Under the pieces are notes generated by a model, which saw nothing but the letters and a program-made list of their open reading frames with translations, was not told the origin of the DNA and searched no databases. DNA of 64,000 nt, from contig DATAJW010000013.1 in the NCBI GenBank assembly GCA_036261925.1, positions 22,544-86,543 of the forward strand, given 5' to 3'. This DNA comes from Minisyncoccota bacterium. GTDB taxonomy: Bacteria > Patescibacteriota > Minisyncoccia > Phycocordibacterales > Phycocordibacteraceae. The translations under genes were made by a program, and so were the position numbers. Position 1 is the stretch's first letter. Each line of letters begins with the position of its first letter. Of the stretch, positions 39,322 to 48,807 are shown piece by piece.

Positions 39322-40248
39322 CTACGAGTGCGCCATCAGCCACTGGTAGATATCCTCGAGCGCCTTCACGGCGTCGCCGGCGGCGATATTATTTTGATGA
39401 TACAGCTCGTCGGTACAGTCACCGGCGGCCCAGATGCCCGGAACGGAGGTCTTCTGGTCGCGGGCGTTCGTGACGACGCGGCCGACGTCATCGAGATCCA
39501 CGACGCCCTTCGCGAAATCGGTGTTCGGTATGACGCCGACTTCCACGAAGACGCCGGTCACGGGAAGCTCCCGGACTTCGCCCGTCTTCTTGTCGCGGAC
39601 GGAGAGCCCGGACACGAACTTCTCGCCATGCACCTCGACGGGCTCGGTGTCGGTGAGCGCGACGAGGTTCGGATGCGCGAGAACCTTCTCCGTCGTGATG
39701 GCTTCCGCCTTGAAGGCATCGCGGCGATGGATGAGCGTGACCGATTTCGCGTACGCGAGGAGCTGCGCGGCGGTCTCGAATCCGGCATTGCCGCCGCCGA
39801 TGACGGCGACGTCAGCCCCGGCGAAGAGCGGGCCATCGCAGGACGCGCAGTAGGTGACGCCCTTGTTCTCGAAGGTGTCCGCACCCGGAACCAGGAGCTT
39901 CTTCCTGCCGGCACCCGAGGCGATGAGCACCGCGCGCGCGGAGAACGTCTTGCCGTCGCGGGTCGCCACCGTAAAGCCGCCATCCATTCTCTCGAGCTTC
40001 TCCACGCGGTCGCCGATGACGCGCTCGACGATATCGCCGGCATACGCCTCGAGGTGGCCGCCGAGCGCGTGCGCGAGCTCCGCTCCCGGTATGTTCACCG
40101 TGCCTATCCAATTCTCGATGCCTTCGGAGACGGTCGACTGGCCGCCGACCTCCTCGGCGATGAGTACCGACTTCAGGCGCTTCCTTGCGGCATAGACGCC
40201 CGCTGCGATGCCGGCAGGCCCGCCGCCGATGATGATGAGATCGTTCAT
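39322..40248 (-). CDS. trxB: Thioredoxin-disulfide reductase
   Basis: IIGGGPAG FAD motif, CASC redox centre, GGGNAG NADPH motif. Confidence 0.9.
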   Translation of the reverse strand: MNDLIIIGGGPAGIAAGVYAARKRLKSVLIAEEVGGQSTVSEGIENWIGTVNIPGAELAHALGGHLEAYAGDIVERVIGDRVEKLERMDGGFTVATRDGKTFSARAVLIASGAGRKKLLVPGADTFENKGVTYCASCDGPLFAGADVAVIGGGNAGFETAAQLLAYAKSVTLIHRRDAFKAEAITTEKVLAHPNLVALTDTEPVEVHGEKFVSGLSVRDKKTGEVRELPVTGVFVEVGVIPNTDFAKGVVDLDDVGRVVTNARDQKTSVPGIWAAGDCTDELYHQNNIAAGDAVKALEDIYQWLMAHS

Positions 40249-40354
40249 AGTAGTAAGCAGTATGCAGTAGACAGTAGGCAGGAACAAGTGGGACAGGAAA
40301 ATGGCGCAGCTTCGCTGCGCCATTTCTACATGCTACCTACCGCTTACTGCCTAC

Positions 40355-41617
40355 TTATTTCTTGTGACGACGGAGGAACGAAGGAATCGCCCCCCACGCC
40401 TCCTCCTCTTCAGGAGCGGGCGGCGTGAGCGGCTTGGCTTCGTCGCGAGCGGACGGCTTGGCGGTCACGACCGGCTCCTCCTTGCGGGGAAGCTCGGCCT
40501 CCTCCTCGATGTTCTCGAGAACCGCCTCGGGCAGCTGTTCCTCGCGCGACGACGGCTTCATGATGGCGTTGAATATCTTGCCGCGGGTCTCTTCCTGCGT
40601 CTCGGCAGGCATGGCGAAGAGCGAACGCTCGGCCGTCGGGGTGGTGTGCTCGGTCTCGAGCTCGGGGAAGCCGGTCGCGATGACGATGATGCGGATCTGG
40701 CCCTTCTTGAGCTTCTCGTCGCGCATGATACCGAAGATGACCTTCGCGCTCTTGTCGACGGAGTCGGAGACGACCTTCGCGGCCTCCTGGACCTCGAGGA
40801 TGCCGAGATCCTCGGAACCCGCGACGACGAAGAGCACGCCCTTCGCGCCCGTGATGGAGACGTCGAGGAGCGGGGAATTGACGGCCATGGCGGCGGCGTC
40901 CTGCGCGCGGCGGTCGCCGTCGGCGATGCCGATGCCCATGAGGGCGGGGCCTGCGCCCTCCATGATGGCCTTGATATCGTTGAAGTCGGTATTGATCTCG
41001 CCGGGCGTCGTGATGATATCGGAAACGCCCTCGACGGCCTGGCGGAGTATCTCGTCGGCCATGGCGAACGCGCTCTTCGCGGTCGTCTGCGCCTCGACGA
41101 TGGAGAGGAGCTTATCGTTCGGGATGACGATGAAGGCGTCGACTTCCTTCTTGAGCTCGGCGAGGCCCTGCTCGGCGATGTCCTTGCGCTGCATGCCCTC
41201 GAACGCGAACGGCTTGGTCACGACCGCGACGGTGAGCGCGCCGATCTCCTTCGCGATCTTCGCGACGATCGCGCTCGCACCCGTGCCGGTGCCGCCACCC
41301 ATGCCGCAGGTGATGAACACCATGTCCGATCCCTGGAGCGCCTCGAGTATCTCCTGGCGCGTCTCTTCCGCTGCGCGGCGGCCGAGCTCGGGGTTCATGC
41401 CCGCGCCGAGGCCCTTGGTGAGGTTCTTGCCGATGTGGATCTTCTTCTTCGCGAGCGAGCGGTGGAGGTCCTGCGCGTCGGTGTTGATGGCCACGAACTC
41501 CACGCCCTTCACCTTGGAGTTGATCATGTGGTTCACGGCGTTGTTGCCGGAGCCGCCGCACCCGACTACCCGTATGCGGGCAAAGGTCTCGATCTCGGAT
41601 TCTACGCGCTTTGACAT
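40355..41617 (-). CDS. ftsZ: Cell division GTPase FtsZ
   Basis: GGGTGTG tubulin signature, 420 aa. Confidence 0.97.
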   Translation of the reverse strand: MSKRVESEIETFARIRVVGCGGSGNNAVNHMINSKVKGVEFVAINTDAQDLHRSLAKKKIHIGKNLTKGLGAGMNPELGRRAAEETRQEILEALQGSDMVFITCGMGGGTGTGASAIVAKIAKEIGALTVAVVTKPFAFEGMQRKDIAEQGLAELKKEVDAFIVIPNDKLLSIVEAQTTAKSAFAMADEILRQAVEGVSDIITTPGEINTDFNDIKAIMEGAGPALMGIGIADGDRRAQDAAAMAVNSPLLDVSITGAKGVLFVVAGSEDLGILEVQEAAKVVSDSVDKSAKVIFGIMRDEKLKKGQIRIIVIATGFPELETEHTTPTAERSLFAMPAETQEETRGKIFNAIMKPSSREEQLPEAVLENIEEEAELPRKEEPVVTAKPSARDEAKPLTPPAPEEEEAWGAIPSFLRRHKK

Positions 41618-41808
41618 ATGAGGGATATAGGGCCGCTAAAAAGGCTGGGCTCATCATACCAGCTGATTTCAGCCTGCAAAGGGTGACAAATCCTTAGGCC
41701 GTGCTGTATTTTCTCCGCCAAAATGCCCGTTCTCGCTCACGACCGCAAGCGAGAACGGACGCATTTCGCCCACGAGTCGCACGATCCCGCAATGCTACGG
41801 AGCGAGCC

Positions 41809-41851
41809 GTTCAATCTAACCCGTCAAGGTACTCCAGGGTTGAGATTGAAC
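41809..41851. repeat. Copy a of the about 40-nt conserved hairpin element (GTTCAATCTAACCC-loop-GGGTTGAGATTGAAC)
   Basis: between ftsA and ftsZ. Confidence 0.6.
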
Positions 41852-41865
41852 GGTGAGCGGAGCCC

Positions 41866-43032
41866 TTAGGGGAGAAACTGCTTGAAGAACCGCTGTACCG
41901 CCCCCGCGACATCCCCCGCGGACCGCTTCTTCGGGGTCTCGGTGTCGCCGGTGAGCCCCCAGAGCGCGAGGCCGTACGCGACCGCCCAGGTCGCGTCGCG
42001 GACCTTCACTTCCGGCGAGATGCGCATGTCGGCGATGCGCGACGGGAGGTTCAGCGTACCCTTCGCGATGTCGGTGATAGAGCCTTGCCCAGCGCCGCCG
42101 CCCGAGATGATGATGCCTGCAGGGAGGGTGCGTCCGCGGCCGAGCTGCTTCAGGTGCTTGTCGATGAGCTCGAACATGGCGCGGAAGCGCGCGGTGACTA
42201 TTTCCTCCACCTTGCGGCGCGGATACATGGAACCCGAGAGGCGGCCGAGCTTCAGGCGCTCCGCGTCCTCGAGCGATACCTTGAAGCCGAGCGCGAGGTC
42301 GTCGGTGATGTGCGTGGAGCCGATAGGGAAGACCTTCACGGATACCGGAAGGCCCTCGTCGTACACCACGATTGAGACGGTCTCGGCCCCGATGTTGGCG
42401 AGGACGCAGCCCTTCATCTTCTGGTCCTTGGTGAGGGTGACATAGGAACCCGCGAGCGGGGACGCCATGCGGTCGATGACCTCGATATCGGCCGCCTCGG
42501 TCGCGGTCTCGAGCAGCTCGGCATGCTGCGTGAGGCAGGTGATGAAGAGGTAGTCGGCCTCAAGGCGGGTGCCCTTGAGGCCGACCGGCTCACCGAGCGA
42601 CTTCGTGCCGTCGACGCGGAACTCGAGCGGTATCTCGTGGAGCACGGTGCGGTTGAGGAAGTTCGGACGGGCCGCTTCCCGCGCGGCCTCCCGGGTCTTC
42701 TCGATATCGAGATCGGTTATCTCCTGGTCGGCGCGGGATATGACCGTCTCGCCCGAGGCGCGGACCTCGTCGAGAGAGATGCCGCCGATGGCGAGGAAGC
42801 CTTTCTTGATGGGAACCTGCGCGGTCTGCTCGGCCTGCTGGCGCGCAGCACGGACGGATTCCGCCGCGTCCTCCGCATCGACGACATAGCCGTGGCGCAA
42901 GCCCCGCGTCTCCGCGATGCCCGTCCCGATGATGCGCAGCACCGGCCCTTCCTGGCTAGCCAGCTCCTCGACGACCACCACCTTGGTGTGGTGGGTGCCG
43001 ATATCAATGCCGGTTGCTATGCGTCGTGCCAT
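41866..43032 (-). CDS. ftsA: Cell division protein FtsA (start at internal Met)
   Basis: MARRIATGIDIGTHHTKVVVVE actin-fold N-terminus; the tool ORF has a 69-aa non-conserved extension. Confidence 0.85.
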   Translation of the reverse strand: MARRIATGIDIGTHHTKVVVVEELASQEGPVLRIIGTGIAETRGLRHGYVVDAEDAAESVRAARQQAEQTAQVPIKKGFLAIGGISLDEVRASGETVISRADQEITDLDIEKTREAAREAARPNFLNRTVLHEIPLEFRVDGTKSLGEPVGLKGTRLEADYLFITCLTQHAELLETATEAADIEVIDRMASPLAGSYVTLTKDQKMKGCVLANIGAETVSIVVYDEGLPVSVKVFPIGSTHITDDLALGFKVSLEDAERLKLGRLSGSMYPRRKVEEIVTARFRAMFELIDKHLKQLGRGRTLPAGIIISGGGAGQGSITDIAKGTLNLPSRIADMRISPEVKVRDATWAVAYGLALWGLTGDTETPKKRSAGDVAGAVQRFFKQFLP

Positions 43033-43423
43033 GTACAGGGGGAATGTGGATGAGGCGAGCGAGAAGCGCTCGCTCTTCACGTTCCATTGTAGGGCCGTGA
43101 CGCTTCCCGGCCAAATGCAGGAGCCCGTGGATAAAAAGGAATCCGACGAATGCGGTGTACGAAAGCCCGTAGTCGGGCGCCTGCTTCTTCGCGACCTCGA
43201 GGCAGATGATGATCTCGCCGCTCTTGTTCCCGGTCTCATACGAGAGGACGTTCGGGACGTAGTCCTTGTTGCGGAGCTTTACGTTGATGCTCTGCGCACG
43301 CTGCTGTCCCGCGAACACGAGGGAGATGTCCCAGCCGGGAAGGGCAGCATCGAGCGCTTTCTTATATGGAAAAGCAGGCTGAGGGCGCCGGGTGAAGTTT
43401 CGAGTGTCGAGCGAACTTTTCAT
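43004..43423 (-). CDS. ybeY: Endoribonuclease YbeY
   Basis: VLSY...IIICLEV...HGLLHLAGKRHG (H3xH5xH zinc motif). Confidence 0.7.
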   Translation of the reverse strand: MKSSLDTRNFTRRPQPAFPYKKALDAALPGWDISLVFAGQQRAQSINVKLRNKDYVPNVLSYETGNKSGEIIICLEVAKKQAPDYGLSYTAFVGFLFIHGLLHLAGKRHGPTMEREERALLARLIHIPPVHGTTHSNRH

Positions 43424-43562
43424 ATCGCTAAGGATACCAGAGCGTCTCTATAAACTTTCATATCCGAGGCGCGGGTGAATGGGAACCACAGGCGTACTAG
43501 CAGTACGACGAAGGGGCCCGTTCGGGCCCCGTAACGAAGGAGAGGGAAGTTTTAGAACGCTC

Positions 43563-43823
43563 TTACTTGCGGCCGCGAGTCTTGCGAGCAGCCGGGTCAA
43601 TCTTACCAAGCTTTACTTGCTCGTTGTAATCGGCGCGGCGGCCGGCAGCGACGATAGCGCGCGCGTGCTCGACGTTCTTCGACTTCGTGCGGCTGTAGTA
43701 GCGGCGCTTGCGGAGCGCGCGGACGAGGCCGAGGCCCTGGCCACGGCGGGAAAAGCGGCGGATAAGCGAGGCTGAACTCTCGTTCTTCCCGCGCTTAACC
43801 TCTACGCGTACGGCGTTTTGCAT
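43563..43823 (-). CDS. rpsU: 30S ribosomal protein S21 (start at internal Met)
   Basis: VEVKRGKNESSASLIRRFSRRGQGLGLVRALRKRRYY pattern; the 79-aa extension on the tool ORF is non-conserved. Confidence 0.55.
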   Translation of the reverse strand: MQNAVRVEVKRGKNESSASLIRRFSRRGQGLGLVRALRKRRYYSRTKSKNVEHARAIVAAGRRADYNEQVKLGKIDPAARKTRGRK

Positions 43824-43917
43824 ACGTGTGACAGTAGCATAAATGGCCCTTTTCTGTCTACCGGGTAACGAAAACGCCCGGTCCAATTGCTTGGACCGGG
43901 CGGTAGACCGGTAGCTG

Positions 43918-44220
43918 TCACGCTTTCTCGAGCGCACGCCAGCCAGCCATGAAGGCGAGGGTGCCGACGATGGCGAAGAAGGTCGGGGCGTATGTGCCGA
44001 TAAGTCCATCGCCGAGGAAGCGGGATTGAGGACCGACCGGCAGGGTCTGATCGGCGCCAAGCGAGATGAGCGCCGAGCCGTAATGTCCGGCGTCCACGAT
44101 CATCCGGACGAGTTCATGGCCCGCGAACGCGCTGAGGGCGAGCAGGCCGGCGCCGATCATGAGGAGACTGACCCCGTAGAACCTGTTAGAACCTTTCTTC
44201 TTCGATGCGGCAACGTTCAT
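43918..44220 (-). CDS. small membrane protein, hypothetical (100 aa)
   Basis: 3 predicted TM helices. Confidence 0.4.
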   Translation of the reverse strand: MNVAASKKKGSNRFYGVSLLMIGAGLLALSAFAGHELVRMIVDAGHYGSALISLGADQTLPVGPQSRFLGDGLIGTYAPTFFAIVGTLAFMAGWRALEKA

Positions 44221-44303
44221 GTATGGCCTCCTTTAGCGCCATGGTTTGTCTGTATATACTATAGTCTAAACTATAACTTTTGTCAAGTTTATCGGGATGG
44301 CTC

Positions 44304-45449
44304 CTATCCAACCACCTTCAGATGCGCGATGAGGGAATCGAGCGGGATATGGGACTCGGTATGGGTGGCGCGCTCGCGGAGGATGACGGAGCGCTCGAGC
44401 GCTTCCTTGCGGCCCATGATGAGGAGATAGGGCGCGTTCGTGATGTCGGCGAGGCGCATCTGCTCGGTCAGGGAGGCGATGCCGATGGACTGGATGAGCG
44501 GAACGCGGGCGCGGCGGAGCTCGTCAGCGATCTTCATGCTCTCGCGCTTGGCCTCGTCGCCGATATGCACGAAGACGAAGCGGGGAGTACCGCGCTGCTT
44601 CACGGCCGGTATCGGCTCGCGGTTCTCGACATTGATGCGTATGACGGCGCCCATGGACGGGACATGGGACTTGAAGAACGTGCGCGCGAAATCGGTGTAG
44701 CGGGAGCCCCAGGCATGGAGCGCATCGTCGCCCTGTATCTCGAAGCAGGTCTCCGCCCAGGACGCGCCACGCGAAAGGAGCCCGGGCGCGAGGTCATACG
44801 GCGTCTCGGTCGCTTCGAGGTACTCGAGGACGCTCTCGAAGTGCTTACGGCTCGATTCTGAAAGATGGTCGGTAGGCGAGGGGAGCTCGTCCGCGTCCTC
44901 GCCCGACGCGAGGAGCTCGGCGGCCTCGAAGACATCCCGCTTGGCGCAGTCGACGCAGTCGGCGGGCAGCGTCGGCCCCTGCTTGCGGAAGAATTGCGTG
45001 AGCTCGCGCGCGAAACGGCTGCGGGTCTCGCGGTCGCCCATGCTGTTGAGGCGCAGGCGCGGCTCGCCCTTGGCGAGGTCCTGCATGAGCGCGCGCACGG
45101 CGCGTATGAGGACCGCATCCGCTATCGCATTCTCGACGCCGAGCACATGGAACTGCACGACGATCTGCTTGGGCGACGGGCGCCCGTAGGCGGCGTTGGT
45201 GTGCCAGAGGAAGAGCGGCTGGAGCGTGGACGGTTCGAGTCCCGCATCGCGTACCTGCTTCAGGAGGCTCGCGACCTCGCGCGCGGCCGGATCGAGCGCC
45301 TCGAGCGCTATCGAATCGGGATACGGGCCCTTCGCGCCCTTGCCGCGGTTGCCGGCAGCCAGTGCCGAGAGCGGCGTGAAGCCATAGTAGGTACCGATAG
45401 CGTGCGCGCGCTTCAGGACGTCGGATGGCTCGTGCGCAAGGGTGCTCAT
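44304..45449 (-). CDS. Histidyl-tRNA synthetase-like class II aaRS paralog (HisRS/HisZ family), catalytic motifs degenerate
   Basis: C-terminal anticodon-binding domain (PRFVFVHIGDEAK...LIMGRKE) and GSRYTDF (motif-3-like) present; the motif-2 FRYERPQ.GRYR arginines are replaced (LWHTNAAYGRPSPKQIVVQF). Confidence 0.55.
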   Translation of the reverse strand: MSTLAHEPSDVLKRAHAIGTYYGFTPLSALAAGNRGKGAKGPYPDSIALEALDPAAREVASLLKQVRDAGLEPSTLQPLFLWHTNAAYGRPSPKQIVVQFHVLGVENAIADAVLIRAVRALMQDLAKGEPRLRLNSMGDRETRSRFARELTQFFRKQGPTLPADCVDCAKRDVFEAAELLASGEDADELPSPTDHLSESSRKHFESVLEYLEATETPYDLAPGLLSRGASWAETCFEIQGDDALHAWGSRYTDFARTFFKSHVPSMGAVIRINVENREPIPAVKQRGTPRFVFVHIGDEAKRESMKIADELRRARVPLIQSIGIASLTEQMRLADITNAPYLLIMGRKEALERSVILRERATHTESHIPLDSLIAHLKVVG

Positions 45450-45997
45450 TGCGTTTCGTGTACGGCGCCCGGCAGTACGCCGACCACATCGGCAGGCAGC
45501 AGGCGGATGTAGGCGCGGCCCATCAGGTCCTCGCGCGGGAGAGCGCCCCAGACGCGGGAATCGGAGCTGCGCGGCCGATTGTCGCCCATGACGAAGAATT
45601 CGTCGGACGCGAGCGCGGTATCGAGGCTGTAGGTGGCGTCCTCGGCGACGACGTAGGACTCATCGAGCTCGATGACGGAGCCGTCGGCGCGCGTGATGCT
45701 CGTCTTGCCGGCCTCGATGTGCACGGTCTCGCCCGGCAGGCCGATGATGCGCTTGATGTAGAAGACCTTGGGGTCGTTCGGGTAACGGAACACCACGACG
45801 TCGCCGCGTTTCGGGTCGCCGAAGCGGTACGAGAGCTCGTCGACGATGAGATAATCGCCGCTCTCGAACGTCGGATGCATGCTCTCGCCCTCGACGACGA
45901 ACGGCTGCGCGACGAACAGCCGTATCGGGATGACGATGACGATCGCGAGGATGATGAATGTAAGGATCTCCTTGAACGCTTGCCCGAGGAATTGCAT
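45446..45997 (-). CDS. lepB: Signal peptidase I
   Basis: SMHPTF (Ser box), RGDVVVFRYP, GDNRPRSSDSR; 183 aa. Confidence 0.9.
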   Translation of the reverse strand: MQFLGQAFKEILTFIILAIVIVIPIRLFVAQPFVVEGESMHPTFESGDYLIVDELSYRFGDPKRGDVVVFRYPNDPKVFYIKRIIGLPGETVHIEAGKTSITRADGSVIELDESYVVAEDATYSLDTALASDEFFVMGDNRPRSSDSRVWGALPREDLMGRAYIRLLPADVVGVLPGAVHETQ

Positions 45998-46090
45998 GTG
46001 AGGGTATTGTAAGCCTCATGGTGCGTGCGTCAACTTTTCGCGCGTGCGCACCGAGCGCGCACGGACGTATCGCGCACGCTGCGCGGCTGC

Positions 46091-46096
46091 TACAAT
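46091..46096 (+). promoter_or_regulatory. -10 box TACAAT 6 nt upstream of the pth start codon (leaderless-type promoter)
   Basis: seen in sequence; the same arrangement occurs at several other genes. Confidence 0.4.
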
Positions 46097-46102
46097 CCCT
46101 TC

Positions 46103-46702
46103 ATGGCATACGTGATACTCGGTCTCGGCAATCCGGGAGGCGAATACGCGAAGACGCGGCACAACGCGGGGCGCATGGCCGTCGAGCTCCTCGCGGAAAC
46201 GGAAGGATTCGAGTTCGCGGAGAAGAAGAATGCGCAGGCGCTCGTCGCGACCGGCACGCTCGGCGGCGAGAAGGCCGTCCTCGCGCTCCCCGAGACGTTC
46301 ATGAACCACTCGGGCACGGCCGCAGGCGCGCTCGTGAAATCGAAGGCCGCCGCGAAGAAGCTCCTCGTGATACGCGACGAGCTCGACCTGCCGCTCGGCA
46401 CCATAAAAATGACCGTGCACGGCCGGGGCTCGGGCGGGCACAAGGGCGTCGAGAGCGTCATGCGGGCGCTCAAGACGAAGGACTTCGTGCAGATGAAGAT
46501 CGGCATCTCGCCATCGACGCCTACGGGGAAGCTGAAGAAGCCCGCGATGGGCGAGAAGGTCATTACGCACGTCATCGGGAAGTTCAAGCCGGCAGAGGAG
46601 GCGCTCCTCAAGAAGACGCTCGAGCGCGCCGCGAATGCCGCGCGCCTGTTCGCCACCGAGGGCCTCGAGAGGGCGATGCTTGCGGCTAATACGCGCGCCT
46701 GA
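46103..46702 (+). CDS. pth: Peptidyl-tRNA hydrolase
   Basis: MAYVILGLGNPGGEYAKTRHNAG N-terminus, HNG catalytic motif. Confidence 0.9.
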   Translation: MAYVILGLGNPGGEYAKTRHNAGRMAVELLAETEGFEFAEKKNAQALVATGTLGGEKAVLALPETFMNHSGTAAGALVKSKAAAKKLLVIRDELDLPLGTIKMTVHGRGSGGHKGVESVMRALKTKDFVQMKIGISPSTPTGKLKKPAMGEKVITHVIGKFKPAEEALLKKTLERAANAARLFATEGLERAMLAANTRA

Positions 46703-46790
46703 ACCCCGCCCACGGAGCTATTGCATGGCGCACCGGGAAGGCGCATAGTGCGGGCGGATACTTCTGTCCGTTCACAGCGAGGAGACCACC

Positions 46791-47543
46791 ATGACGGCAC
46801 CGTCTCTTCAAGAGATCGATCGCCAGCTGCCGCTTCTCTATACCAACACGCTCGTGCGGTACGAGCCGCTTCCTATCCGCGGCAAGCGCAACCTGCTCAT
46901 GCTGCTCGACCTGCATGCGGTCCCGCATGCGACTGAATGGGGGGACGGGTACTCCCGCACGCTCCCGCAGCTCATCCGCGATATGCGCCGAGGCGAAGCG
47001 ACCATCGTGCTCTACTATCCGAGCATCGCGGGCTTCCAAGAAGATCACGCGTACCTGACGCGGATGATACGGACGGTATCGATCCGCATCACGTACGACC
47101 TGCCCGATCCGACGCCGCTCAACCCCGAGCATGTGCGGCCGCTCGTGCTGCGCGAATACCGCACGGCCGCAGGCGGCGCGCTCCATCCGCGGAAGTTCCC
47201 GAATCCGAGCGAGACGATGGTGCGGAAGGACCGGACGCAGCACCATACGATCCTGCGGTTGCTGCGCGAGGAGCTCGGCATCCGCATCACGCACCGCCAG
47301 TTCCGGAGCCTGATCGTCCCGAACCTGACGTTCATGCCTTCGGCGCTGCGCGAGTTCGAGGACCAATGCGCGGGACGGCAGACCGAGCTCGCTATCCACG
47401 CCTCGGATAAGTATCCGGGACTCTGGACGCACAACGAGGTCTGGCACTACCTGCTCAAGCTTCCGACGCAGTTCTACCAGCCGGACGGGTACCGCGAGGA
47501 CCAGAACGTCAGCTTATGGGAAGATGCCGAGCACAAAGACTGA
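46791..47543 (+). CDS. hypothetical protein (250 aa), partial Nudix-like REELGI signature only
   Basis: ORF preceded by GAGGAGA SD; followed by two terminator hairpins (47545-47570, 47581-47607). Confidence 0.45.
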   Translation: MTAPSLQEIDRQLPLLYTNTLVRYEPLPIRGKRNLLMLLDLHAVPHATEWGDGYSRTLPQLIRDMRRGEATIVLYYPSIAGFQEDHAYLTRMIRTVSIRITYDLPDPTPLNPEHVRPLVLREYRTAAGGALHPRKFPNPSETMVRKDRTQHHTILRLLREELGIRITHRQFRSLIVPNLTFMPSALREFEDQCAGRQTELAIHASDKYPGLWTHNEVWHYLLKLPTQFYQPDGYREDQNVSLWEDAEHKD

Positions 47544-47629
47544 ACCCCGATCTCGCGATCGGGGTTCCTTGTATACGAGCAGGGCCCGGCGCTTCGCGCC
47601 GGGCCCTGCTGCATAAGAGCGAGCGGATG

Positions 47630-47666
47630 CTAATCTAACCCGTCAAGTTCCTACAGGGTTGAGATT
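47630..47666. repeat. Copy b of the about 40-nt conserved hairpin element (AATCTAACCC-loop-GGGTTGAGATT)
   Basis: between the convergent 46791 ORF and the S1 gene. Confidence 0.6.
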
Positions 47667-47679
47667 CGCATCCCGAGCG

Positions 47680-48807
47680 CTACTTTTTCTTGCCGACGTA
47701 GGAAAGCGTCATGCGCTGGTCCTTCGGCTCGAAGAGCGTGATGGTGAACGGGTACGTCTTGCCGAGCTCGAGCGCGTCGCGGAGCGCCGCAGGGGACTCG
47801 AATTCGCTGATGTGCACGAGGCCGGCGACGCCCTCCTCGATGGACGCGAGCGCGCCGTGCTTGTTGTACTTGATGACGACGCCCTGCACCTCCATGCCCT
47901 TCTTGTAGCGGTCGCTCGCGACCTTCCACGGATTCTCCTTGAGCGCCTTGATGGAGAGGGAGACCTTGCCGTCCTTCACCTCGATGACCTTCACCTTCAC
48001 GGCGTCGCCGACGGAGAAGAGCGCGCGCGGGTCCTCGACGAGGCCCCAGTCGAGCTCGCTGATGTGCACGAGGCCCTCGAGGCCCTGCTCGAGCTTCACG
48101 AAGACGCCGAAGTCGACGGCACCCGTGACCTCGCCCTCGACGACGTCGCCCACCTGGTACTTATCGACGAGCGATGCCTTCTCCTCGTCCTCGCTGCCTG
48201 CGCGCTCGGAGAAGATGAGCTTGCCCTCCTTCGGATCGGCCGTGATGATGCGGACCGAGAGCGGCTGGCCGGCGAGCTTCTGCAGCTCGGCGAAGATCTT
48301 GTCCTTATCGCCTTCAGGCACGCGCGGGTAATGCTCCTTCGAGAGCTGGGAGGCAGGGAGGAAGCCCTGGATGCCCTGCCACGAGAGGATGAGGCCGCCC
48401 TTGTTCGCCTCGTCGACGGTGAGGGTGTAGACGGTTTCCGCGGCGATGGCCTGCTCGGCCTCGCCCCAGATAGCGGCCTGGCGCGCCTCCTTGAGGGAGA
48501 GCTCGATGTAGCCCTCGATACCGGACGGATCGACGACCTTCGCGGTGATGGTGTCGCCCGGGTTCGACTTGCGGAGCACGTCGGCGGCATTGAGGTACTC
48601 GCGCCCGTAGATGATGCCGCTACCGAACGGCGGCAGGTCGACATAGAGACGGCCGCGCACGAGCTCGATGATGGTACCTTCAATCAGATCCCCGACCTTA
48701 GGCGGGGTGGCTATGTCGTCGACCTTGGAAGCCATCGGGTGGCTCGGGTCGATGACGAGGGTGCTTGCGGGAATCACAGGCGCCTTCTTAACTTCTTCTT
48801 CTGGCAT
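47680..48807 (-). CDS. rpsA: 30S ribosomal protein S1 (short, four S1 domains)
   Basis: repeated S1 OB-fold motifs (G..V.G.V....FGAFV). Confidence 0.8.
   Translation of the reverse strand: MPEEEVKKAPVIPASTLVIDPSHPMASKVDDIATPPKVGDLIEGTIIELVRGRLYVDLPPFGSGIIYGREYLNAADVLRKSNPGDTITAKVVDPSGIEGYIELSLKEARQAAIWGEAEQAIAAETVYTLTVDEANKGGLILSWQGIQGFLPASQLSKEHYPRVPEGDKDKIFAELQKLAGQPLSVRIITADPKEGKLIFSERAGSEDEEKASLVDKYQVGDVVEGEVTGAVDFGVFVKLEQGLEGLVHISELDWGLVEDPRALFSVGDAVKVKVIEVKDGKVSLSIKALKENPWKVASDRYKKGMEVQGVVIKYNKHGALASIEEGVAGLVHISEFESPAALRDALELGKTYPFTITLFEPKDQRMTLSYVGKKK

Noticed and set aside
43563-44060. 165-aa form of the S21 ORF
   Set aside because: The first 79 residues are P/S-rich low complexity. 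The S21-like segment begins at the internal Met (43823).
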